64,000 nucleotides of DNA from an uncultured bacterium. Its GTDB lineage: Bacteria; Patescibacteriota; Minisyncoccia; UBA6257; 2-01-FULL-56-20. Where the stretch lies: positions 128,001 to 192,000 of the forward strand of contig CAWJQC010000004.1 in assembly GCA_963844965.1 (NCBI GenBank), written 5' to 3'. Each line of letters starts with the position of its first letter. The first letter of the stretch is position 1. Of the stretch, positions 47,048 through 56,760 are shown piece by piece. The notes under the pieces are model-generated. The model was not told where the DNA came from. It saw nothing but the letters and a program-made list of their open reading frames with translations, and made no database searches. The position numbers and the translations under genes are program-made.

Positions 47048-48034
47048 CTACAATCTTACTATTCTGTCCACTCGTTTCCTGAATATCGCGTACCGGCCCG
47101 CTTCGTTATCGGGCAACGACAAAACTTCTTCCCTCGTCACGATTTTCCTGCCGCGAAATTTTGTTCCCTCGCCGAATTGCGAGGACGAGAAGTCAACATC
47201 CTCCCCGCTTAAACAATTGAAATAATGGGGAGCAACGATGCCGCCAGGCAAAACCGCTTCAACGAAAACGATCTCTCCCCCAAAGGCCTCGTTGGCATAG
47301 AGCGCAAACATCACACAGTGTCCCCATGCGGGTCTTTCCAGCGACCAATCCTTGGCGCATCCGGGCCAGCAAGTGTCTTTTCCGGAAGCGTTTTTTGATA
47401 CTCTTTCCAGTTTTTTGTACATAAGCTTCCTGTAAACCTCAAACGCTTTCCGCGCGCCGTTTATGGCTTCGTGGACTTCCGGCTCCGGCTCAAGACCTAG
47501 ACGCGTGAGGAGCCGGCCGTTCCGGATGCTGAATTCGGCGGGGTCGTAAACTTCTCCCGGTCGAAGAAGTTCCTGCACGGCCATGGAACGCGTGTCAAAG
47601 CGGGTGTAATGCAAGTGCTTGCTGTATTCGCTTTCGGAAATATCGCACCAGGCGAAGGCGACAGTGAGAAAACTCCAGTCAAAGAACCAGTTCTGCCCGC
47701 CCGGGACCGCAACTGTCCCGTATTTTGAAGCGAAGGGAAGAAGTTCGTCCAATGCGTGTCTGAGCGGCACCGCTTCATCCCACTCGCCGCGCGCAGCGCG
47801 TTCCGGATAATGATTAACGAGGTTGGGCAAGCACCGTTCGGGATGTTCGGGGCGCACTTTTGTCTTTAAAAAACCCAGAACTTTAAGATTTTTTTGTTCA
47901 ACGAGAAGCGCGGCAATGTCTATAATCTCGTGCCAAGGGACAAGATAACCATTAACTTTTTTAAGCGGGTCATGGCCGGTCGTTTCCAGGTCCAGGAAGA
48001 GAAGCGAGTTGTTCATCGTTATTGTCCTTTTCAA
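47048..48034 (-). CDS. DEDDh (DnaQ-like) 3'-5' exonuclease domain fused to a C-terminal domain of unknown function
   Basis: Exo I LFLDLETTG, later H..FD.R; C-terminal ~150 aa novel. Confidence 0.65.
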   Translation of the reverse strand: MKRTITMNNSLLFLDLETTGHDPLKKVNGYLVPWHEIIDIAALLVEQKNLKVLGFLKTKVRPEHPERCLPNLVNHYPERAARGEWDEAVPLRHALDELLPFASKYGTVAVPGGQNWFFDWSFLTVAFAWCDISESEYSKHLHYTRFDTRSMAVQELLRPGEVYDPAEFSIRNGRLLTRLGLEPEPEVHEAINGARKAFEVYRKLMYKKLERVSKNASGKDTCWPGCAKDWSLERPAWGHCVMFALYANEAFGGEIVFVEAVLPGGIVAPHYFNCLSGEDVDFSSSQFGEGTKFRGRKIVTREEVLSLPDNEAGRYAIFRKRVDRIVRL

Positions 48035-48118
48035 CGTTTCAAATTCTCCCTATAGTTTAAGGCCTAAAAAGAAAAAGTCAACGAAAAAGGAGCGGTGATA
48101 GCCGCTCCATGCGAACAA

Positions 48119-48343
48119 TCAGGATTTCGGTTTCCAGATCGGGCAACGAGTAATCGTAAGCGCAACGTTGTCGTTGACACAAATCTGGTACAGTGCCTGA
48201 GCGACGCGACAATGGTCGGGACTTCCGGGCTTCATATTACCGCAGTTCAAACAAAGACATTCTTCGCGCCGCACCGACTCCGTCGTGGGGTTGACCCATA
48301 CCAACTTTCCATAATGTTCTTCTTGTACTGGTTGCACTCTCAT
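48119..48343 (-). CDS. small Cys-rich (zinc-ribbon-like) hypothetical protein
   Basis: 74 aa with CLCLNCG...HC...C...C. Confidence 0.45.
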   Translation of the reverse strand: MRVQPVQEEHYGKLVWVNPTTESVRREECLCLNCGNMKPGSPDHCRVAQALYQICVNDNVALTITRCPIWKPKS

Positions 48344-48458
48344 TCAGAACCTCCTTCAGTTTTTAACAATTCCAAAATTTATATTAACAGGTGAGACGAG
48401 AAAGTCAAGGAAAAAGAAAAAGGCCTGGGGAAAAATCACCAGGCCGGATTTCAAAAGA

Positions 48459-51449
48459 TCAGACAGGATTCGGCAGGAATTCCGCCCAATCAAAGTCAAA
48501 TGGTTTCTTCCAATAATCACGGAGGAAGTCGAACGGCAACGTTCGGATAAGTATGGGCCCGCCATCGGGACCGGACACGGGAAGTCCGACAAAAGAAACA
48601 CCTGTGTTGTTCGGCGGGAAACCAAGCTCGCCGTACACCTCCGTCGGCACGCCGGGCATTGCCATGACATAGACAGTATGTCCGGTGAGAACCGCGCCGT
48701 CGAAGTGCTTGTCGCCGTAGACCTTGAGCGTCATGCGCCTGTCAAAGATGCGGGAGTAGTTCCCGCGCCTTTCGTCGTTGCGAACGGCAGCAAGAAGCGT
48801 GTTACCCCAGCTTGAGAGCTTGGTGGGCTTGTTCCGCACTTCAAGGCCCCACTCATATCCGCCGGGGGCTTTAACAGTTCCCCAGCCGACCGTGATGTTG
48901 CCGTAAACCGGCGCCTTCACGAGCTCGTCGAGCAATTCCTCCTTGCCATTCCACTGAGGCCTTGCCCGAAGCATGAGCCGCAGATTCTTGGCGTAGATCG
49001 GGCCTTCCAAGATCGCCCACTCCACGGTATTGAGGAAATGATTTCCCGTGGAAAAATTCACCGCGCCAATATCTCTCGTGTCGGGAGTGCCCGCGGGAAA
49101 ATGGTCGTTGTCGTTGAACGCACTTACGCCGCGCAGGACTATTCCCGCGTCCACCGTACGCGTCAAGAGCGCATCAAAGAAATCAATATTCGGCTCAAGT
49201 AGGCGCTCGATAGCTTGGTCAACCTGATCCTGCGTCCAGTGCTCGCCTCGCACCTGAAACTGATAAAGGTTGAAGCGCCGCATTTCGCGCAGAACTTCGA
49301 GCCGCTTCGCCGCGTCACCGCGCTCCGCCTCTTTCAATGCCGCGAGCCATCTTCCTTCGATCTTGTGGAAGGGAATCTTGTGCTGATGAGGCTGTTTTTG
49401 AGTTTCAAAGTGGTTGCCCTGCGTAGGGTCGTCCGCTATCGCGAAAATATGCAGGGGCATTTTCCCTTTCTCAAAAAGCTTTGCGCGCCGCATCATTTCG
49501 ATGACGGCTTCACACATGCCGAGGTCTCGCCCGTTTTCGGGATGGACAAATTCTTTCCAGCCCCAGCCCCAGTGCGGGTCGGAGGGAAGCATTGCCCAAA
49601 TATACTTATCGCTCGGTGCATCTTTCGTTTTAGAATAGATGCCATGTCCCACTTCGCTCTTGATGAGCGCGCCGACCGTGAAAGGCTCGGCGTGCACCAC
49701 GCCGTCGATGCAGGCAAGATCTATCACGCCCGCCTGGAATTGGCCGGCCCAGATCGCCTTCTCCAGAGGATGAACTCTCTTTGTGGTCTCCAGAAGTTGC
49801 GATCGGAGGAACTTCTCGTCAATAAGAATGGGGGCGACATATACCCGCGCAGAGCCCCTTTTGCCGCGGACATCCACTTCGCGTGTCGTCCTGCGGAAAT
49901 TTAGCGAGTGCGGATGGCAGCGGACAACCGTCCTCGGGATCTCACCGCGAAGAACGCGCGGTCCGTAGTGGTCGGAAAAATCCGCGAGCAATTCGTCGGT
50001 AACCCGAGTATGGGGCGGGATCTCAAAAAGCACCATCTCGTCGCCGATCTTCATGTAGGTAGAACCCTGTCCGATGACTTTCGAGTTGGGGATCGCCTCT
50101 TCGATCTTTTGAACAACAAATGTGCGGATGCGTCGCGCATAATCTTCCATGTCTTCGCGGCGATGGTTCGAAACCCTCGTTCGGGAAAGTTCTTCGGCAA
50201 TCATGTTGCGATTTTCGGTAAGTTCCTCAATTTTCTTTTTGGCCGCGCCGGATTCCAACGCCTTTTTGAGCTCCTTGTTCGCAAGCGACAGTTCAACCGC
50301 AAGGTCTTTCTGCCGTAAGAGCGTCTTGTAACGGAGTTCCCAATAGGTCGCGGTCTTGATGAAGTCATCTTCTTTCGGTCCGAGAATAATGAACACGGAA
50401 CCCTGAAATTCCGGCTTGCCGTCGGGGCGCATATCGTTCTTTCTCCATCCGGAGAGAATGTTCAGGAATTTTTCCGCAACCGTTTCGTAGATGAATCCTT
50501 CCTCATCACCAGCGAGAACCGCTTTGGCCCGCGGCTGGTAAGATTCCGACAGGATATCCACGTTCGTGTTGTAACCGGAGATCTGAGAACGGTAAATCTG
50601 CGGAGTGCCTCCGGCCTTTTTAAGGTCAAGGTCAATGAGGCTCACGAGAACCACGAAATCTTCTTTCCTGCGTTGAGCATTGGCCAATGCGCAACGGACG
50701 GGATTCTCTTCAATGATAGGCGTGTGCTTGATACCGATGTTCGCGCCGTTAATGACCCTTCCCGTCCAATGAGACTTCGTGACGCCCGATATATAGGGAT
50801 GCTTGATGGAGTTTTTCTCGAACCGTACGATATCCCTCGGATCGATCTTGCTCACGTCGGTTACGCGCCCGATGCCGCGCATGAACTCAGCCGGGTGCTT
50901 CAGGTTGCTTATGCCACGGAGTTCTCTCACCTTCGCTGCCGCAAATCTTTGCGGAATATACGAGTAGTACTTCAGGAAGGTTTCTATCGGCATGCCGCGC
51001 CGCATCACTTTCTCAAACGCCTTAAGCGTCTCGCTGTCCCAGACAATTCCCGAAACCTTTTCGGTAAAATCTTCGCGGTTCTGGAGAAAATTCGGCTTGA
51101 TGCTCGCCACGTCGGCTTCCTTGCGGAGTTTTTCGTGGAGTTTTGCTATGGCATTATCACCATCGAGCAAAGCGCCGTGAACTATCAGCTCACGCAGCTC
51201 GCCTTCGAGCGGTTCTTCCTGCGCATTGCCGCGCTCATAGCTGATACGCAAATTACTAGCCAGAGATTTAATGTATTCCTGAGTAGTTTCAACACCGTGT
51301 GCGTTTTTGACATGCTCTAGCACGCCACGCGCGCCGAAGCGTTCATAATACTTCTTAACGGCTTCGCGGATTATCTTTGCCTTAGCGCCTGGATCCTGGT
51401 ACTTTATCCCAAGTTCACCGGCCGTGTGAGAGATCGTGCTTACTGACAC
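48459..51449 (-). CDS. large hypothetical protein (996 aa) whose C-terminal half carries RtcB-like RNA-ligase motifs
   Basis: LPSDPHWGWGWK (cf. RtcB PDVHxGYG), DLGMCE (cf. DINCG), two GNHF motifs (QGNHFE, TGNHFL); N-terminal ~600 aa unassigned. Confidence 0.6.
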   Translation of the reverse strand: MSVSTISHTAGELGIKYQDPGAKAKIIREAVKKYYERFGARGVLEHVKNAHGVETTQEYIKSLASNLRISYERGNAQEEPLEGELRELIVHGALLDGDNAIAKLHEKLRKEADVASIKPNFLQNREDFTEKVSGIVWDSETLKAFEKVMRRGMPIETFLKYYSYIPQRFAAAKVRELRGISNLKHPAEFMRGIGRVTDVSKIDPRDIVRFEKNSIKHPYISGVTKSHWTGRVINGANIGIKHTPIIEENPVRCALANAQRRKEDFVVLVSLIDLDLKKAGGTPQIYRSQISGYNTNVDILSESYQPRAKAVLAGDEEGFIYETVAEKFLNILSGWRKNDMRPDGKPEFQGSVFIILGPKEDDFIKTATYWELRYKTLLRQKDLAVELSLANKELKKALESGAAKKKIEELTENRNMIAEELSRTRVSNHRREDMEDYARRIRTFVVQKIEEAIPNSKVIGQGSTYMKIGDEMVLFEIPPHTRVTDELLADFSDHYGPRVLRGEIPRTVVRCHPHSLNFRRTTREVDVRGKRGSARVYVAPILIDEKFLRSQLLETTKRVHPLEKAIWAGQFQAGVIDLACIDGVVHAEPFTVGALIKSEVGHGIYSKTKDAPSDKYIWAMLPSDPHWGWGWKEFVHPENGRDLGMCEAVIEMMRRAKLFEKGKMPLHIFAIADDPTQGNHFETQKQPHQHKIPFHKIEGRWLAALKEAERGDAAKRLEVLREMRRFNLYQFQVRGEHWTQDQVDQAIERLLEPNIDFFDALLTRTVDAGIVLRGVSAFNDNDHFPAGTPDTRDIGAVNFSTGNHFLNTVEWAILEGPIYAKNLRLMLRARPQWNGKEELLDELVKAPVYGNITVGWGTVKAPGGYEWGLEVRNKPTKLSSWGNTLLAAVRNDERRGNYSRIFDRRMTLKVYGDKHFDGAVLTGHTVYVMAMPGVPTEVYGELGFPPNNTGVSFVGLPVSGPDGGPILIRTLPFDFLRDYWKKPFDFDWAEFLPNPV

Positions 51450-51703
51450 ACGAATACCAACTTTCCGGAGTCTCTCTGACCATTTTCGGCCCCTCTTTCG
51501 CGTACCATACCTTTACGATCTCGCGAATTTTCGCTGCCTGAGCCAATATCTTTTGACGTGTCATTCGACACCTCCTTCATATTCAGTTGTGATTATTCTG
51601 CCCTCATTATCACAGGTATGCCAACCACAAGCAATTGTTTTCTGTGCATAACTTGCTCAGCGTGACCAGAAAATTTTGGAAGGATTACGTCAAATTCACC
51701 CGC

Positions 51704-53173
51704 TTATGGGTGTTTCACTCCCTCCATGTATCCTTCGGCGGTTTGCGACACAAATCTTCCTTTTTCATGGAGCTCTTTAAGGTTTCTCGCTCCGATATAG
51801 GCCATCGCCGAGGCGAGGCCCTGCAGGAGGTCATCAACAAGCTCGTTCACCGTGCACGTAACCGGCACCGTCTCTGTAACACCCTCCGGCCGCCGGATTC
51901 TTTCCAGGTCCCCGCGCTTGTACCGATAGAGCTGAGCAAAGAATGAAGCGGAGCCGACATAATTTTTTACCGGCCGCCCTTCGTCATCCAAAAATTCCGG
52001 ACTCGCCGATTCCTCTGTGCGCGCGAGCATTTGCCCCAACATTACGGCCGAGGCGCCGGCAACCAGAGCCTTAGCCAGATCGCCAGGATCTTTTATGCCA
52101 CCATCGGCGATAATCGTTTTCCTATAGCGACGCGCTATGACCGCACATTCCGCAACGGCAGCAAGCTGCGGAATACCAACACCAACAGCGCGCGTCCGGC
52201 AGACAAATCCTGGTCCCTGCCCCACCTTCACGACGTCCGCGCCAATCTCAAAAAGAAACTTCGCGCCTTCCGCCGTTGAAACGTTGCCCACCGCGAGCGG
52301 CAGGTCCGAAAATTCTTTTTTGATTTTCTCCACGGCTTCCTTGGTGTTTACAGAATATGCTCTCGCCGTGTCAATGAGAAGCATGGATATTCCTTCCTTC
52401 AATTGCGCCTCAACTTCATAAAGATGCTGTTTGGTAAAAACCCTGCCGACTCCGATGCTACCGGCGCGGACGAATCTCCCGTTAAGATCGCGCGTCGCGC
52501 GCGGATGTCGGGACTTGTAAAAAAGTCCGTTCGCCGTTATCAAACCGGCCAGTTTCCCGTTCTTTTGGACGAGCGGCAGTTTTTCTATTTTGTTTTCGCG
52601 AAGGATCTCGGAGGCCTTGGTGAATTTTATTCCGAGCGGAGCCGTAATCACTTTTTTTGTCATAAGGTTGCGCACCAGCTTGCCGTTCTCTTTTTCGTAA
52701 AGCCAGTCGCGGGTGGAAAGAATACCGACAGGACGTTTATCCTTGTCAACGACGATCAAACTCCGCACGTTGAATTCTTTCATAAGCTCCTTGGCATCTT
52801 TCAGGCCGCTTGTAGGAGTTATGGTCAGTGGCTCGTCGATCAAGGCGGAATCCACGCGTCCAATCCTGCGTATCAAGTCCAGGCGTTCTTTTATCGGCAA
52901 CGTCTGCGGCGGAAAGGCCAACCCTCCCTCGCGTTCAAGCGCGACCGCCAATTCCAATCCCATCACCGATTCCATGTTCGCGCTCACGATAGGCGCGGCG
53001 AGTTCAATAGCCGGCGTCAGCTTCGTTTTGAAATCAAAAATTTCCGCGCGTGAGCGGATATCCGAATAATCCTCCGGGAGAACAACGTCGTTGTACGTCG
53101 CGGCAAGGCCGAGCGGCAGGCCTTTTGACGCAAAAAATTCTTCAATTGCAAGTTTTTCTTCGCTCGTAAGCAC
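51704..53173 (-). CDS. guaB: IMP dehydrogenase with CBS pair
   Basis: CBS pair, catalytic loop GIGPGSICTTR-like ([22 protein letters not shown]), [23 protein letters not shown]. Confidence 0.85.
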   Translation of the reverse strand: MLTSEEKLAIEEFFASKGLPLGLAATYNDVVLPEDYSDIRSRAEIFDFKTKLTPAIELAAPIVSANMESVMGLELAVALEREGGLAFPPQTLPIKERLDLIRRIGRVDSALIDEPLTITPTSGLKDAKELMKEFNVRSLIVVDKDKRPVGILSTRDWLYEKENGKLVRNLMTKKVITAPLGIKFTKASEILRENKIEKLPLVQKNGKLAGLITANGLFYKSRHPRATRDLNGRFVRAGSIGVGRVFTKQHLYEVEAQLKEGISMLLIDTARAYSVNTKEAVEKIKKEFSDLPLAVGNVSTAEGAKFLFEIGADVVKVGQGPGFVCRTRAVGVGIPQLAAVAECAVIARRYRKTIIADGGIKDPGDLAKALVAGASAVMLGQMLARTEESASPEFLDDEGRPVKNYVGSASFFAQLYRYKRGDLERIRRPEGVTETVPVTCTVNELVDDLLQGLASAMAYIGARNLKELHEKGRFVSQTAEGYMEGVKHP

Positions 53174-53353
53174 GCCCCGTAGTAGAAACTCAATTTATTT
53201 TTTTAATCGCCTGCGCCGAGTCGAATTCCCGCCGCAGCCAATACCTCCTAATGAAAGCTCATCATTTGCTCCTTCTGCCACTTTGCGGCCAATTGAGTTT
53301 TCACTACGGGGCACGAAAGTAATTATAACAAACAAAGAGCGCTTGCGTAGCGC

Positions 53354-53653
53354 TTATTGTTGACCGGTGGAAGACATCGCCGCTGTTGAGCTTTGCGGAA
53401 CGATGATTATCATCTTTTCGCCAGGCGCCTTGTAATTGAAGCGCGCGCGAAGTTCTTTTTCCAAATTCGCGGGGTTGGAGTAGTAATCCAGTTCGGCCTG
53501 AAGCTCCGCATTGTCCTGTTTCGCCGCGTTGACTTTATCCTCCAAGGAAAAATATTCCTTCATCGCCGTGTTCGCCTCGCCCCAGAACTTATAAACCTGG
53601 ACGCCGAGCAGCACGATTACAATTGATAAAACTATGGAAGCGGTTAATTTCAT
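53354..53653 (-). CDS. ftsB: cell-division protein FtsB/DivIC-like (septum formation initiator)
   Basis: N-terminal TM, coiled coil (KQDNAELQAELDYY), ARFNYKAPGEKMIIIV. Confidence 0.65.
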   Translation of the reverse strand: MKLTASIVLSIVIVLLGVQVYKFWGEANTAMKEYFSLEDKVNAAKQDNAELQAELDYYSNPANLEKELRARFNYKAPGEKMIIIVPQSSTAAMSSTGQQ

Positions 53654-53895
53654 CCCGTTAGAAGCAGATCGCGATTGGCGACCAGCACAACAATTTGTTT
53701 GATTTGCGATAATTGTCCATTCATTGATAAAAATTTCATAATCGCACCAAGCAATCGCGCCTGCCTGCCGGCAGGGCTTCTAACGGGATTCATTCCTATC
53801 ACCTTTTATGGTAACTCATAAATTTATATTGCCAAGTCATTGACATAAAAAATGTTGTTTTATACAATACATCCAGCTCGCATAAGGAGATAAAC

Positions 53896-54198
53896 ATGGA
53901 AGAAACAGACGGACACGAGCGGGAAGAAAGAATGGTGTTTTGCGGGCAAGTTGGCCACGTCCAAGCAACAACCATCGTTATTGTTGAAGGCGGCGTGACC
54001 CCTTCCGCGCGTATTGTGCTCAAGCACGACGATACCTATCGGAACGATATGCCACCGAAATTTGAAAAGCTCCCGCCGCTCTTTAAGTTAGAGCCCTACG
54101 AGGCAACACTTCTCGCCGAGACTCTTATCGCGGCCGCCGAAGCGGCGAAGGCCGCCATCGGCAAACGTAAACGTGATCCAATCATACGGGGAGGATAA
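53896..54198 (+). CDS. hypothetical protein
   Basis: 100 aa; SD aaggag 7 nt upstream of the ATG. Confidence 0.5.
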   Translation: MEETDGHEREERMVFCGQVGHVQATTIVIVEGGVTPSARIVLKHDDTYRNDMPPKFEKLPPLFKLEPYEATLLAETLIAAAEAAKAAIGKRKRDPIIRGG

Positions 54199-54208
54199 TA
54201 CGACGACA

Positions 54209-54376
54209 ATGCCGAACGGAAATCCATCCACCAAAACAGAAAAACTCAGCAAATGTTGCAACGCGCCCATAGAACCAAACATTGGCGTTATTCCTGGAGA
54301 CAATATCTGGCGCGACTATTGCACAAAATGCGACTGCGTCGTTGAACCAAGCCTGGGAATCTGTGCCGATGCCTGA
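54209..54376 (+). CDS. small Cys-rich peptide (55 aa, six Cys)
   Basis: MPNGNPSTKTEKLSKCCNAPIEPNIGVIPGDNIWRDYCTKCDCVVEPSLGICADA; SD gggagga upstream; alternative ATG at 54173 overlaps the previous gene. Confidence 0.4.
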   Translation: MPNGNPSTKTEKLSKCCNAPIEPNIGVIPGDNIWRDYCTKCDCVVEPSLGICADA

Positions 54377-54404
54377 ACGCCCGATACCCAAGCCCAACTC
54401 TTCT

Positions 54405-54440
54405 GCGGGGACGAACTAGCACCTTGCCCCCGTTTTTTAT
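54405..54440 (+). terminator. rho-independent terminator
   Basis: gcgggg-16 nt loop-ccccg followed by ttttttatttc. Confidence 0.45.
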
Positions 54441-56343
54441 TTCTTCAAAATCTCCCGGAACACCTCCGGCGACAGCTCCACCTTAGCCATACTCTGCAAT
54501 TTCTCCTTACCGCGCCGCTGTTTCTTCCAAAGTTTCATCTTGCGCGTCCTATCGCCGCCGGTCTTGCCGAAATTGCCGAGCAATTTTTTCATCGCCGGGA
54601 TCGTTTCACGGGCTATTATTCTCCCCTGCGCCCGTGCCTGGATCGCCTGCACGAACTGCTCCTTGGGCAAAAGATTTTTCAGTCGCTCAACCGTTGCGCG
54701 CCCTTCACGCTCCAGGTCTTTCTTGGGCACGATGCGCGTCAAAGCCGGCACGACATCGCCCACAATTAAAATCTCCAATTTCTCCACGTCCGCTTCTTCC
54801 TCGCCGGCTAATTCATAGTTGAAAGAGGCATAACCCGCGGAAACCGATTTCAACCTATCGTCAAAATCGCGGATAAGTTCGGCAAGTGGCATCCGGCCGA
54901 CCAGAAGCAGGTTCTCGCCCATATTTTGGATTTCCGAGATTTCCAGATCAAAAACCATTTTCAGGTTCATGATCTGGTTCAGGTATGTCTGCGGCGTGAG
55001 TATTTCCACTTTAATCATCGGCTGCCAAACCTTCTCCGGCTTATCCGGAAACGCATGCGCCTCTTTAGCAATGAACTCGCGCGAGCCGTCCTTGATGTGA
55101 TAGGCGATGGACGGAAAGCTCGTCAAAAAATCCAGATTGAATTCCCGTTGCAGCCGGCTCGCCGTAATCTCAAAATGCAACTGGCCGAGAAATCCCACTT
55201 TCAATCCTCTCCCCAGCGCTTCGTTCGCGTCGGGCTCAAAGCTCAAAGCGGCATCGGTTAGGCGCAAGCGCTCAAGCCCTTTTTTTAAATCCTCAAACTT
55301 AGTAGCGCCATCGGGATAAAACGAAATAAAAACCACCGGTGCCGGCTCACGGTAGCCGGGAAGCGGTTTCGCTGACGCATCCGGTTTTGTGACCGTATCG
55401 CCGATTTTGATGAGCGCCGGCTCTTTGAGACCAGTCGCAATATAGCCCATACCGCCGGCGGAAATTTTATCCTCCGGCTTCAATTCCGGCGCGAAACAGC
55501 CGGTTTCTTTTATCTTTACTTTCGTTCCCTGGGCGAGCAGTTTTATTTCCTCGCCGCTTCGGAATTCGCCGCTGAACACACGGATGAACGCGAGTATTCC
55601 CTTGTGGTCATCGTAAAGCGAATCGAAAATGAGTGCGCTCGCTTCGGCATGGAAAATTTCTTTCGGGGGCGGAACTCGCGAATTACCGCTTCCAAAAGTT
55701 CTTTCGCTCCTTCGCCGGTTTTTGCCGAAACCTTGAAAATTTCCCCTTCGTCGACGCCCAAGAGCTCGGCGGTCGCTTTTACGATTTTATTCAAATGCGG
55801 CAGCTGTAAATCAATCTTGTTCACCGCGCCGATGATTTTGAGCCCGGTCTTGCGCGCCGCGCGGAGATTGGATAAGGTCTGCGCCTGGATCCCTTTCGTG
55901 CCGTCAACCAAAAGTATCGCGCCCTCAACCGCCGCAAGCGCGCGGGAAACCTCATAAGAGAAATCGGAATGTCCCGGCGTATCTATCAAATTAAGAATGT
56001 ATTCTGAATTTGAATTTTTAATTTTCAATTTTGCAATTTCCAAATTGTTTGAAAATTGAGAATTAGAAATTGAAAATTGCGGATGGTACGCCATCCGGAC
56101 GGGCGCCATTTTGATGGTTATCCCCCGCTCGCGTTCAAGTTCCATCTTGTCCAAATACTGCGGCACCATATGCCGCGCGTCCACCGTGCCCGTGAGTTCC
56201 AAAAAACGGTCGGCAAGAGTGGACTTGCCGGAATCGATATGAGCGATAATAACAAAATTTCTGATGTTCTCTTCCATATTGTTGCAGTGTACAAAAAAAA
56301 GCGGCCGTTCACAAGGAACGGCCACCAGCGATCTTTCCGGCAC
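54437..56343 (-). CDS. lepA: elongation factor 4 (LepA), interrupted by a single frameshift in a G5/C5 homopolymer (55665-55669), with an in-frame ~21-aa insertion in the G domain
   Basis: N-terminal ORF NFVIIAHIDSGKSTLADRFL..DKMELERERGITIK..LIDTPGHSDF; in the other frame PPKEIFHAEASALIFDSLYDDHKGILAFIRVFSGEF continues as the C-terminal ORF. Confidence 0.85.
56005..56080. repeat. AT-rich imperfect palindromic insertion inside the lepA coding sequence (in frame)
   Basis: aattttcaattttgcaatttccaaattg / tttgaaaattgagaattagaaattgaaaattg encodes FSISNSQFSNNLEIAKLKIKN between the conserved ITIK and LIDTPGH. Confidence 0.6.
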
Positions 56344-56698
56344 ACAATTGCCGCAGGAATGGACTACCCTTTATAGTTCCGGCGTAGCCGAGTGTTTCGC
56401 CCACCTTGGCATGAGATTGATAGTAGGGAGCGACGCCTCCTCCGATTTCAACCATGGTTTCATGAGCCCACTTGGCGAGCTCATCGGCTGGCCTTTCGCA
56501 TATTTTCACCATCACTATCTCCCGGCCCCCTTCCGACAAAACCAGGCATCCGGGATTCATGTCCAAGCGGGCGCGGAATATCCGCTCGGCTCCGCCCATA
56601 GAAACCCTCACATCGCCCTCCAAGCAAAGGTCTTTCTGTAATACAAGTTCTGCCCTAAGCTCTCCTCTTTCCTCAAAATCATTGCCATTTGGTTTCAC
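56309..56698 (-). CDS. hypothetical protein
   Basis: 129-aa ORF; weak MOSC-like resemblance only. Confidence 0.35.
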   Translation of the reverse strand: MKPNGNDFEERGELRAELVLQKDLCLEGDVRVSMGGAERIFRARLDMNPGCLVLSEGGREIVMVKICERPADELAKWAHETMVEIGGGVAPYYQSHAKVGETLGYAGTIKGSPFLRQLCAGKIAGGRSL

Positions 56699-56760
56699 AA
56701 CAACATCCTCCTGCCCAAATTCTGAAACAATCTATATGCCAGTGCCAATTAAACAATGCT

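Noticed and set aside
49215-53069. Antisense ORFs within the 996-aa gene and guaB (49215..49904, 50673..51320, 52403..53053)
   Set aside because: Opposite-strand shadows of strongly supported genes; no motifs.
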